Shown in pieces: positions 1-17,568 of a DNA stretch of 64,000 nucleotides. Source of the DNA: the human T2T-CHM13v2.0 reference genome, Homo sapiens; assembly GCF_009914755.1 (NCBI RefSeq), contig NC_060934.1. One strand, written 5' to 3'. The translations under genes and the position numbers were made by a program. A model generated the notes under the pieces. That model worked only from the letters and a program-made list of their open reading frames with translations. It had not been told where the DNA came from and ran no database searches. Position 1 is the first letter of the stretch. Every line of letters starts with the position of its first letter.

Positions 1-1990
1 TGTGCTGTGATTTTCCTTCTGGTGCTTTCTAAAGACTCCATACAACATTCCTGTTTGCCATAAATACTTTATCACTGGACCTTCTAGATAATAAGGCTCA
101 AGTGATACAGTGACTTGTACACAGCCTGAACTTGCTGCAGAGACTTCTCAGAACTTGCTCAACACCACTTGAAACTGGCAGCCTTAGAGATAACTCTATA
201 GATGAATTCAAAAAGCATTTTTAAATGTGGCATATGTTCCCTCCTAAATACAAAAAGGCTGAACACACATTTTCCCTCTTTTCCCATTTAGATCATCCAA
301 GGACCAGCAACTTTCCTTTTGCCTTGGAGGAGTGACAATTGAGCCCCCAGAAACCATACTGAGGTGGCAGGTCCCTGAATTTTTGTGGGGCCTATCTCCC
401 ACCTTATATCTTACCAAGGCCTCTAAAGTATATGGTGTTTCATGAACATCAGATCCATTCATCATACTGTCATCCATGAGGTAATCCAATGTGATGTTTT
501 GTGGAACGTCAAGACAATCAACATCTCTGCAGAATAAATGTGATAGAGAGCAGGAGAATTGACATAGCCTGAGGCAAAACTGAAAGTATACTGTTAGCCC
601 TGACAGGTAAATGCAAACTGTTGCTGGCAATCCTTGCAAATCAGTGAGGAGAAAAGGGCAGGTCAGTAGCTACGAAGCAAATGCTGGGAGACATATCAAT
701 TTGCTCCAGGAAAGATACTACATCTAGGACAGCAGCTGGAATTTTAGCCACCACCTCATTAAGTTCATAGTAGTCTTCAGTCATTCTTCAAGACCCATGC
801 AACTTTTGCACAGCCCAACTGATGAGTTCAGTGGAGATGTGATAACTATCGCCACTTCTTTCAAGTCTTTGATGGCAGCATGGATTTTTGCAATCCCCTC
901 AGGGATGCAATATTGCTTCTGATTTATTCTCTTGGTAGAAATGAAAGTTCTAGGAGCTTCTGCTTAGTCCTTCCAACAATAAAAGCCATCACCCATGGGT
1001 CAGAGAGAAAATGTGGGGGTTTGTCAGTTGTCAACTTTGGTCCCTTTGGAGAAGTCTTAGAGGAGGATTTATGGTGTGTGCATGTGGCAATGGTGCAGGG
1101 TCCTTCCTCAAGGGCACCTGGCTTACCTTTCAGTCAAAAGGCTCTGTGTCTATAAATTTACTTATGTCTAAAAGCTGGGTAAGGGGCTTCAGTTCCTCTC
1201 TGTGGGAATTCAAGTCAGGTTTTCAGCTACCAGAGTTTTTGCTGTTATATAGATCAGGCACTACACTCACAGGTTGCCCACATATTTACTTTCAAGAGAC
1301 ATCATGATCAACTATCCACTGTCAAAGATCTCTGCCAATCGAAACATTCTGATTACTAGTATGCCCCTCCCGACCTTTACGGTAGAGGTACTTACCTTCC
1401 CTTTGGCAGTTAAGTGCTGCCGTTTGACCCCTTTTCGATGGCATCGTCCTGTACTAGAGTCATAACTTTTCTAGAAAGAGGAGAAACCACAGAGATGTTC
1501 AAGGATGCAGTACTTCCTTCATTAATATATTTCTCATTGCTGTCGTGAAGGAAATACCTCTGGGTCATCTTGTGGAATGTAGTTGGCAGGTGGCTGTGCA
1601 GGTCACACATCGAGTATTCAGTTCAACCTTCCTAATTCCCTAAGCCTTTGGATTCCCTCCTTTACATTGTTTCAGGGAAGCTCTGGCATCTCAGCCAGCA
1701 TGGAATTCCTTCAAATTGTAGTCAACCAATCAAGTAAGCTATTAGAGTCACCTCTAGAAGTATATTAAATTTATACTCTCAAACGCATCAAAACAATAAA
1801 TTTTGCCAAAACTAGTATTATATTCTGCCCACTTTGGTTCTGCCTGGAGTCTGCTGATATATATAGGCAGTCTTGCAATTTCTTTAGTGTCTGGGCTATT
1901 TCCTCCTGGATTATAGTGTGTACCTGTCTCCCGGAACATGCTGAGCTTTTACCTTGGTTATACCACTAGTTGAACTTAATTATGACTACA
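1..1990 (-). mobile_element. Decayed ERVL (HERV-L/ERVL-E-like) internal region: gag C-terminal part and pol RT/connection domain; continues off the left edge
   Basis: Minus-strand translation gives ERVL-like peptides: GDSNSLLDWLTTI and MPELP*NNVKEGIQRLRELG (gag); QVPLRKDP; INQKQYCIPEGIAKI; RMTEDYYELNEVV; QFAFT..QYTF; VPQNITLDYLMDD (degenerate YIDD); KAASFKW..EKSLQQVQA. Many stops and frameshifts. Confidence 0.88.
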
Positions 1991-2229
1991 ATTGCCTTAT
2001 AAAAGACACTTCTGAAGCAATAATGGAGCTACCCTCTCTTAAAGATAGACCAAGTATGGTCAAATATGTCCTTTCTTCCCAAAATAATTTTTTTAAAATC
2101 CTAATACAAAATAGTGGAAAATATTTTAGTTATGTAAAAAATATTTTAAGTTATTCATGAAAAATAAATGAGTGAGTTCTTCTTCTTTCTTCTTCTCTAT
2201 CTCTTCCTGAAAAACTCCACTCTAAAAGT

Positions 2230-3055
2230 CTTTAGCTGGGGCCAAACAAGTTAGGTCTCCAAGCTGGGGCAGGATAAGAGATGGAAGAGACATGCAAGAT
2301 AGGAGGAGCTTCTGTCTGGGGCTTCCTACTGCAGGTGTGAACCACAAGGGGTGAGGGCATCAATGCAGAGGAGTGGCCCACTATAGGATATGAGAGCCCA
2401 AGAAGGGTTAAGGAGAGTCCCTGGAAAAGAAGAGCCTGTCATGTGGTTTCAGGCTCCAAAACCCCATGACAGGGTACCCTGTTATGGGGTTGACCATGTG
2501 GGAGGGCAGCATTTGCAGAGACTCAGTGTCTAGGCAATAGTGGCCTCCTAGGCATGCAGCCCAACATGGGTTTCAGAAGCCAATAGGGGTAACATCCACA
2601 AGGATGTCAGTGCATGAGCAAGAACAGGGGACTTCCATGTGAAAGGGCATGACCCAGTTCAGAGAATCAGAGCATGGTTAGGGTGAGATGAGTGTCCATG
2701 CAGAAGGGCAGCCCAAGCCAGGGAGTCAGAGGCCAAGCAGGGTAATGAGGATGTCCATGTTGGGGAAGGCAGCAGCAGTGCGGTGAATGCCAGACTCCAA
2801 GTGTGATGTGGAAGGCATGGCATGAGCTATGGGATGGGAGTAGTGATGGGAGAATAGTTACACACAAGAGGTTGATCAAATAAGCAAATCTATTAAGGAG
2901 GATGGAAACCAGTTTCTCACTATCAAAAAAGAGAGTTACATATATGGAAAGAAAGAAAACTACAATGGATCCTGTGGTGGTGAAACATGAATTCATAGAT
3001 TTTAATAATAGATATAGAAATCAATATAGTTGCATGTGAATTTGTGGATATACAC
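2230..3055 (+). mobile_element. Old L1MC/L1MD-type 3' region, first part
   Basis: Degenerate ~60-bp G-rich units followed by GTTGATCAAATAAGCAAATCTATT...CCAGTTTCTCACT, matching my recollection of L1MC 3' ends; resumes at ~7495. Confidence 0.6.
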
Positions 3056-3114
3056 TTTTATCTGTCCCACAAGTCTTAGAAATATATGTTATATGCTTAC
3101 AAAAAGAGAATTCT

Positions 3115-5180
<2,066 letters not shown>

Positions 5181-5264
5181 AGGTGACAGAGTAGTCAAGC
5201 AAGTGGATTTCCTCTACCAATTCATTTGCTCTCAGAAATTCTCATCTATAAAACGGTCACAAAG

Positions 5265-7284
<2,020 letters not shown>

Positions 7285-8134
7285 ATAAACTGTCACAAAG
7301 AAAAATATTTTTCTATTGCTGCCGAAAAAATAAAGAAAAACTTAAAATTTTTATATTCAAAATTCACAAAACTAAGTGTAAAGGAGTATAAATAATTTCC
7401 AAAATTTTTCTGGTAAATTTATCACATTTATTCTTCAGAAGTTATTAAAACATTCAGAAGTATTAAAACTGCACTAAGTCTTTTGGGACACACACACATA
7501 TTTCCTAGCTCTGTCGACCAAGAAGGTCCAGGAGCAGTAACACTCCAAAAGCAATGCAAGCACCCAGCAGCCAGATTTTGGTTTCTAAATATCATTCTCC
7601 ATTAAAAAGAACCAGGACTCTGGAGAAATAGATGATTTCAGAGAGTAGATGATGAGTGGACATGAAAATTCTGATTAGCCACAAACATTTTGTGCCAAAA
7701 AGAAAGGGAGTGCTGAAAGAACTGGGAAATATCTCACACAGACACACACAAACCCTTAAAGGGGCTCCCAGTGATGTGTTTAAATTAATAATGAATTATA
7801 ACCCATAGAATAAAATAGAAAACCATGAATCAACAATAGTAAATACAAGAATGAATAATTAGAACAGTTTAGAGATATTTACATAGTTACAAATAGCTGC
7901 CAATAAAATATTTATTTATCACAAAGAGAAAAAGAACATTACAGATGGAGAATCCTGGCAGATACCATGGTAATCCAAGTAAATATCATGGTAATGGAGC
8001 AAACTGGAATCTTGCACCAGCTGATAAAACATACCGAGAACACAGCATCACCTTGTGATACTCCTGCCAATGATGCAAAATGTGAATGTAAACATGAGGA
8101 AATATCAGATAAACACAAATTGAGGAACATTCTA

Positions 8135-9096
<962 letters not shown>

Positions 9097-9854
9097 TTAA
9101 GTTTGAGGATATTTCAAAATAAAAGTGAGAAGAAAATTTACTAAATAAGTGAAATAGCTATGAATTTTTTGAAAGAGGATTGGCATAAGTAATTTCTTCT
9201 TACAGATATTTAAAAAGTATATTATGCAGCTACAATTCTTGAAACAGTGTGGTAATTGTGCAAGAATCAACAGTCATATCAGGAGAATAAAACAAATCTT
9301 CGTTCATAAGAACTTAATATAGTTATGTAGGAACAACTGAAATTGCCAACAAACGGAGTGATTTGTAAATTGTAGCACATTCATATATTTGAATATTTTA
9401 CCACAAACATATTTTTAAACATTCTAAAAGGCATGCATGTGATATAACGTTAAGTGAAAGAAGAGTATGAATGAGCTGTAGGCCCATGATGGGTTCTTGG
9501 GGTGCTGGGTTGACTTCAGTGGTAGCTATTGGTCATTCACTTTGTTTCATAAATATGATTTATGTATTTGCCTGATGTAGTTACAGTAAAAGATTTTAAA
9601 AGGACCTGTAAGACCCTCTATCCTACCAGACTATATTCTTGAGATTGAGCTGATAATTAGATTAAATTCCATCAGCCTGTTATACAGATTAGGAATCAAA
9701 TTCCGAAAGGGCTAGATCATTGCTCTCCGGGAGCTGATATCTAATGAGACCAGGATGGGAATTCATCCCTGCTCTTGCCATAGCACTACCCTGGGTCTTC
9801 TGGCATTGACGATGGGAGAGCTGCCAGTCATCACAGCGGTTACTGTGACTGTGT

Positions 9855-10110
9855 GTTAGTGTGCTGAGGATGCCACATGTTTCACTCATGCAGCCCTTAC
9901 GACTGCCTTGCAAAGGTGGTGTTATGACCCCCAATTTATAGAGAAGGAAAGGGGGTACATAGCTGGCAAAGAATAAAGCTGCAATTCGGACCCATTAACT
10001 CATTCATTAAATCAACCCAAACTCATTCGCAGCTGTATATCAGACACTGGAAAGATTCTGGAGATAGAAACAGACGTGACACAATTTCTTCCCTCCAGGA
10101 ACTGCCCATC
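9855..10110 (-). mobile_element. MIR fragment followed by an L2 3'-end fragment
   Basis: CCCCAATTTATAGAGAAGGAAA resembles the MIR core in reverse; CATTCATT tail of L2. Confidence 0.5.
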
Positions 10111-10184
10111 CCGATGAACCCCCAACTTGGGCCACTCCATCTGTGCCTATCATTGCTCTTCAGTAGGAGAGCCTAGGTTCGGTG

Positions 10185-10487
10185 AAAGAGGGGATGGTTA
10201 ATAGGTAGAAAAACTAGTTAGAAAGAATAAAAAAGATACAGTATTTTCTAGCAAAACAGGGTGACTGTAGTAAAAAAATAATTGAATTGTTCATTTAAGA
10301 ATAACTAAGAGTATAACTGGATTATTCAAAACACAAAGGATAAATGCTTGAGGGAATGAATACCCTATATATCCTGATGTGAGTATTACACACTGCATGC
10401 CTATATCAAAATATCTCATGTAATCCATAAATATATACACCTACTATGTACCCACAAAAAGTTAAACATTAAAAAAATTTTAATAAA
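10185..10487 (+). mobile_element. L1MA1-3-type 3' end
   Basis: GGGATGGTTAATAGGT...AAAGGATAAATGCTTGAGG...TATACACCTACTATGTACCCACAAAAA. Confidence 0.85.
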
Positions 10488-11601
10488 ACAATAGTAGAGC
10501 TTATCTGCTACTGTTTACCTATGGTCCAAAGTCAGATACTTCTCCCAGTGGCAACCGAGTTACCTCCTCTCAAAATTCCCCTCCCATAGAGTTAACAAAT
10601 GAATAAACAAATAAAAACCCCAGCACCCATGATGCAGTTATCCCACCTGAGTTGAGCTCAAGATTTTCTTTTTCCCCTTTGCTGACTTTTTTGGTAAAGC
10701 GAAAAAAAAAAAAAAAAAAACACAACTTTCTTTTACATTTGAATACTGTATACAGGGAATGGGCCCAGGAAACCTAAACGGAGACAAGCAACTCAAAAAT
10801 AAAAGACATTCTTCCTATGATATCATATTTCCTACTTGTTCAGGGCCTTCCTTGGAGGCTCCTAATGTACAACGTAAATGTTAACTCATTCTTCCTTCTG
10901 GTATCCTTGGGAGGCAGGAAGCCAATGTTATTTCATAGATAAAAAAGCTGCAGTCCCGGAGGTTGAATCCCTTCCCCCGGGGTCACATAACTACAGGCAG
11001 TGTGAAGGGCTGGGAATGGAACTTGGGGTTAGGACTCCCTGCCTGTGGTCCCCTGGCTCTCAAGTGGGGCCTCCTTCCTAAGAGATAACTTTTATGTTGA
11101 AACTCTGTTGGAATCCGGTTCTATAAAAGGAATGCTATGGAACTGCTGAGACAAAATATGCATTTTTCTTCCCCTGCACATTAATACAGGGTACATCTTC
11201 AAGAGGCGACCTAGCACATGTAAGCACTGTGTATAATACTTCCACATTTATCCAGTGTGGGGACTAATATTTAGCCCGAATGACCCAGTCCATGACAATT
11301 CTGTTCTGTTGGGAGAGGACAGAAACAAGGGACCGAACTCTAGACATCATGATCTCTGCCAGTTTAAGCATCTGCATTTCCAAAAGGAATGAGCTAGGTC
11401 TGAGGTTGAGGAGCGCCTCGTACAAATGTGTTACTCTTTGGGAGGTATCATAGCACTCTGTTAAGCAATGTGCTGGTGTCCTCGCTCTACGGTCATAAGG
11501 ATGACACAGCCAAAGCCTTTTTCACAGTAGGCAAAGTGGAAACAGGGAGACGAGCTGATTTTTCATGTAAGCCAGATGAAGTTCTAAGAATACCTGTTTT
11601 A

Positions 11602-11943
<342 letters not shown>

Positions 11944-12034
11944 TCAAGTCCATCCAACCAATTTCCCAACATCTTCTTGTGTAGATTTTTAGATACTAAT
12001 GGAAATACTAGGCACAGCCTGAGCATTTGACAAT

Positions 12035-12170
12035 ATTCATCATTCAACATTTACATTTCAACAAATAACTTTCAAGATTTTTCTTTCAACTACCATGTGT
12101 TGGGCACTATTCCAGGCACTGGGGCCACAGCAATGAATGAAACAGACTCTATCCCATTGGGGTTGACATC
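12035..12170 (-). mobile_element. L2 3'-end fragment
   Basis: CATTCAACA...CTACCATGTGTTGGGCACTATTCCAGGCACTGGGG. Confidence 0.6.
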
Positions 12171-13017
12171 CATCAGGACTCAAATTGGTGTGACTGATAA
12201 GGAAGGAAGAAAAATCTAGCCTTTGGAGACATCACCTTTCCTTGGAAAAGAATGGCTTCAAAATCTTATTCCACATCCTCTGAAACACCTTCAATTAAAT
12301 GTCCATGTAACTAACCGGGCTAAGATTAAGCATGCCAGGGTCTCAGGTGGGTCCCTAAAATGCCAAGTGTCCCTATATAGGTTAGAGCAGAGCAAACCCT
12401 AAACTGAGAGCAAGGTGGGTTTTATGGACTTTCCTTTCCCATCTATGTCCTTGGAATGAAATGAAAAAAAAAATAATAATAAGCCAAAGCTCCAGAGGGC
12501 TGGGAGAGGGAATATGTGTAGATATCATAAACACAAAGCCAGGTTTCCCTGAGATGTTGTCAACAAGTGCCTCTTTCCCATAGGAAGTGAAGTCTCTGGG
12601 GACGTGGTGGAAATATGGACAGTGGAAGAGTGGAACAAAGTTCTTGGGGTGGAGGGGAGTCTTCCTGCTGAAGGGAAGACTCACAGCTGGGCCCTCTCAA
12701 GAGAATGTAAATTCACAAACTGTGCACACTAGACCAGCTTTCATCCCTGACATACTTGTCTGATATCTCATCAGTATCCGCCCAGGGAATGTGAAAAGCT
12801 GGTAGAACGAGATACATGGGAAAGTTTACAAAGACTCCCGGCCTACAGGCCACTGTGTGTCTTCAGTGTGCTGGTTCCACATTTTTGCAAGCTGCACAGG
12901 GGACTTAAAATCCTATTGAAAAGTTCCTGGAGAAATAGTTTCTCATCCTGGAGGAAGAATCTCACAGGATTTTCGTCTTAGTGGGATATTATGATGGACT
13001 ATTGAAAAATGAATAGA

Positions 13018-13320
13018 GGCCGGGCACAGTGGCTCATGCCTGTAATCCCAGCACTTTGGGAGGCCAAGATGGGAAGACCACCTGAGTTCAGGAGTTCGAG
13101 ACCAGCCTGGCCAATATGGCGAAACCCCGTCTCTACTAAAAATACAAAAAAAATCAGCTGGGCGAGGTGGTGAGTGCTTCTAATCTCAGCTACTCAGGAG
13201 GCTGAGACAGGAGAATTTGGCTTGAACCTGGGAGGTGGAGGTTTGCAGTGAGCCGAGATCATGCCATTGCACTCCAGCCTAGATGACAAGAGCGGAACTC
13301 TGTCTCAAAAAAGGAAAAAA
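13018..13320 (+). mobile_element. AluS
   Basis: Dimeric Alu; the pair with the next Alu is flanked by TSD GAAAAATGAATAGA. Confidence 0.95.
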
Positions 13321-13630
<310 letters not shown>

Positions 13631-13814
13631 ATGAATAGAAAGTATAGAAGACGTTTGGCTATTGTTATGTTTACTATGAAAGCACTGCATGAAAAGGGTT
13701 AAGATTGCTCTGAACCATAAATAAAATTTCAGCCCTTTTTTAGCATCAGGAAAAAGTCCAACTGGTTCATTCATAGCAAAAGCCCACAGGTATCACAATG
13801 AGAGCGTTTCTCCC

Positions 13815-13891
13815 ACCACGTGGTTTTTCACGTGCACACAGCATTTACTGATCTTTCCGTCTGTGTTCTCGTTGTAGAGGTATCACGTGAT
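13815..13891. promoter_or_regulatory. Candidate E-box enhancer: three CACGTG motifs, two of them in tandem with a 6-bp spacer
   Basis: CACGTG at 13817-13822, 13829-13834 and 13884-13889 in non-repeat DNA with locally retained CpGs; motif evidence only. Confidence 0.4.
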
Positions 13892-14082
13892 CAGCATTGC
13901 ACTAACTTCTACCCCTAAGTAAAGTACTTGGTAGAAGAATATCTGTTTTTTCCTTACATTTTCCATTACTGACTTTGTTCCATTTAAAAATACATTATAA
14001 CTTAATGCTGGTGACCCCACATGACTCATGATAACGTTTAAAAATATGTTTTTCAAGACTGCATGAATAAATATGAACACTG

Positions 14083-14421
<339 letters not shown>

Positions 14422-16117
14422 TTACAAATAAACTTGATACTAGGACCTTGGAAAATACTTTGATTGGAATACAGATCCATTTTTCTTCAAAACAATTTTC
14501 ACTTCGACTTCAGATAGAAGGGACATAAAACCAAATCCCCACTCTGAAAATTCAAGGGGAACTCTTTTCTAGTAACATGAGGCATGAGTGGCGATGGTTT
14601 ACAGGATTCATTTGTTTCACACAAATTCAGGGGTGGGACTCAGCTATTGTTTTTCTAACTCATTCCCATGAATTCTAAATTGTCAACACCTAAGGTTAAT
14701 GACACCTGTCTTTTTGCTGTCATGAACAGTTAGCGCGGTTTAGCAAGAGATAAATCATCTTCACACAGAGGGTTGTGCTATTATTCTCAGCAAACAAAGG
14801 ACAAAGCTTATTTCTATATAATGTTAAACATCGTTATAAGGGAATAAGCTTATTTTTTCTTTCATGCTCTAATGAAATTATCAGCCTACAACACATTCCT
14901 TTCTTGATTTGGAACATCTATTCTTCAAAAGTTTGTGGAGTAATCACAGAGAGTTTCCATACATAATGGATCATTCTCACCTCAAAATATGCACTGATTT
15001 TTAAGGAATGTACAGAAGGAAAAGTCAACCATCCTTTTGATTATTGGATAACCAGATCAGCCTTGATCTGAAAAATACTCCACTCAATTGAGGAAGATAC
15101 TTTTAGCTACTAAATAAAATACACAGTGATAACGTAGGGAGGAGGCATGGAATAACAACTTTACCAAGAATAGCCAAGAGATTCATCTTACAATGACTAT
15201 GAGCAAAAAGTTTTCACAAAAAAAACTTATTAAAGAAAATAAAACAAAAAATTAAAAACAATAATGAATAAATAAATATGAGCACTAGGTATCAGTAATG
15301 ACTGGTACTGAGCAAGCACTCAAATATTTGCTGAATGAACGAATGAATGAATGAATGAATCAATATGTCCTGTACCTATCAACATACAACTTCAGCTTTT
15401 TGGAGGTTTATTTAGCACTAAAAATGCTCTTGTCATGTATTTATTTTGTGTGTTCAAACTCAAAAGTGTAGGCTTTGAGGTATAGACTATAGCAATGTTA
15501 TATTATAGCTATAAATGTTCTACTCGGCATTTGCAAAAATGCAGTTCTTTGAGGAAATAACTAAGCTTAACATTTAACAATAAAAGAAGATATACTTCTG
15601 GGGCAACTTTTAAAAATACACCAATTCAAGGTACCATCATTTTCTCTCCATCTTTTTACTCCTATCAATCACAGCTTAATCTTGCTGTGATCTCCAGGTC
15701 TTCACTCAAAATCTTCTCTCCACTTCAATCCTCTCTTAAAGTCAACTCTCTCCTTGTTTTAGTATCAGACTTTAGGCAAAGCTGGCTTCAAAACATCTTG
15801 CAGCTTTTTCCAGCAACAAATTCTGATAACTTGACTCTGACAAGAGCTCTTTCCTGTGGCAGCTTCTCTTAGTCTGTTGCTAAATCTATTCTGCCCAGAG
15901 GTGCGGCTTCCTTTGTTCAGGTCTCTTTTCTCCTTTCCACAGGACAAAACGAATAGAGAAATTCAGAATGATCTGCCCTCTGAATGTAATACCTATCTCT
16001 TTTCTCTATTTTGTGACTTCCAACCTCCCATTATCCAATGGATAGTTTATCTCCAATAAGATGGATATTGTACAGGGATGGGATTCCTCAGGCCTCTTTT
16101 CCTACTCCTCTCCTCTA

Positions 16118-16428
16118 TTTTTTGTTTTTTTGTTTGTTTGTTTGTTTTTGGAGAGTGAGTTTAGCTCTATTGCCCAGGCTGGAGTGCAGTGGCACGGTCT
16201 CAGTTCACTGCAACCTCTCCCAGGTTCAAGCAATTCTCATGCCTCAGCCTCCCAAGTAGCTGGGATTACAGGTGCACGCCACCATGCCCAGCTAATTTTT
16301 CTATTTTTAATAGAGACGGGGTTTCACCATGTTGGCCAGGATGGTCTCGAACTCCTGACCTCAGGTGATCTGCCCGCCTTGGCCTCCCAAAGTGCTGAGA
16401 TTACAGGTGTGAGCTACCACGCCCAGCC
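16118..16428 (-). mobile_element. AluS
   Basis: Reverse dimeric Alu; TSD CTCCTCTATTTT. Confidence 0.95.
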
Positions 16429-16877
16429 TTACTCCTCTATTTTTCTAACCCATTCCTTCCTCCCCCAGCCCACCACAAGAGATGAGGAATGACTAAGTTT
16501 ATTGATGAGAGTACAGGAAATTCACTAAGTCACATCTGCCAGTGAACAGACGTCCTCCTCTCTTCAACCTCCTCCTGCAGACTATGCAGAATCTATCTTC
16601 TCAAAGCAATCCTCTCTCTCTTTTTTTCACCCCTTCCACACCTATAAGGGCATGCTCAAGCAGGTCAGGACCCGATCTGAGAATCCAGATTTTTCTCTGT
16701 CTTGCTCCCTCCTTAAAGTTATACTAGAGTGTGTTGGTGCCAAAATTTTGATTCAGGGTGAAAAGCAGGAAGTCCGTCTTAGATCAGGAGCCTAAATCAC
16801 ATGCTTCAACTCAGCATTTACCAGAAAGCCCACCATCAGCTGATCCTAGGACCTGCTCAGCTATAAATGCAGTGGTA

Positions 16878-16993
16878 TTAGGTTGCTGCAAAAATAATTG
16901 CGGTTTTTGCCATTACTTTTAATGGCCAAAAGTAATGGCCATTTTTAATTTAAAGTAATGGCAAAAACTGCAATTTCTTTTGCCCCAACCTAA
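16878..16993. mobile_element. MADE1 (Hsmar1-derived MITE), enlarged to 116 bp
   Basis: TIRs TTAGGTTGCTGCAAAAATAATTGCGGTTTTTGCCATTACTTT and AAAGTAATGGCAAAAACTGCAATTTCTTTTGCCCCAACCTAA; TA on the left flank. Confidence 0.93.
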
Positions 16994-17195
16994 TGCAAGG
17001 GGACCCTCAATCTGAGCATCCATTATCAGAGTTGTTAACAGAAGCAAAATCATGATGTGAAACTGTTTTTTAAAAACTGACCATTTATCAAATTAATTCC
17101 CAACCAAATGTCCCTCCTTTCAAGATATTAGTATCTATGTATCTCACCAATATTATAGCAGATAATAAATTCAAGTAGAGTGGAAGTCTACTGTG

Positions 17196-17562
17196 AAAGA
17201 AATTATAAATATTGCAAGAGATGCAGAATTTTACAAAGTTGATGAAAGTGATATTGCAGAACTGCTTGAAATATAGGCCAAGCCATTAATAAATGAAGAT
17301 ATAGCACAAGTTGACCAGTTTAAAATCAAAGAGAAAGTCAACAAGGAAGATGACATAAAAAATACTTGAAAAGAAAGAGAGTCAAATAGAAAAAGATTAA
17401 CAAACTACTGGGGAAAAATTAAATAAAATCCTTGAGTTGTGTTTTTTTTTGCACACTTTTTTTTGCACAAAACAGCCCTTTTCATGATTGTACAGCAAAA
17501 GGAAAGTGTAAAATAAAAGATATTTAACGCTGCTATTGTACAATTTTATCTAAAAATTATTA
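17196..17562 (+). mobile_element. Tigger/pogo-like transposase C-terminal relic; may continue at ~19863-20055
   Basis: Translation KEIINIARDAEFYKVDESDIAELLEI*AKPLINEDIAQVDQ resembles the acidic C-terminal region of Tigger/TIGD transposases. Confidence 0.55.
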
Positions 17563-17568
17563 GCCTCC

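Noticed and set aside
244-639. 131-aa ORF as a domesticated retroviral gene
   Set aside because: Only part is in the RT frame, the catalytic motif is degenerate (LMDD), and flanks have stops and frameshifts
2330-2830. Degenerate ~60-bp periodicity (TCCATG at 2634, 2695 and 2754)
   Set aside because: Most likely the intrinsic tandem structure of the old L1 3' region, not an independent array
15325-15362. (GAAT)n tract
   Set aside because: Ordinary L2 3'-tail-derived simple repeat
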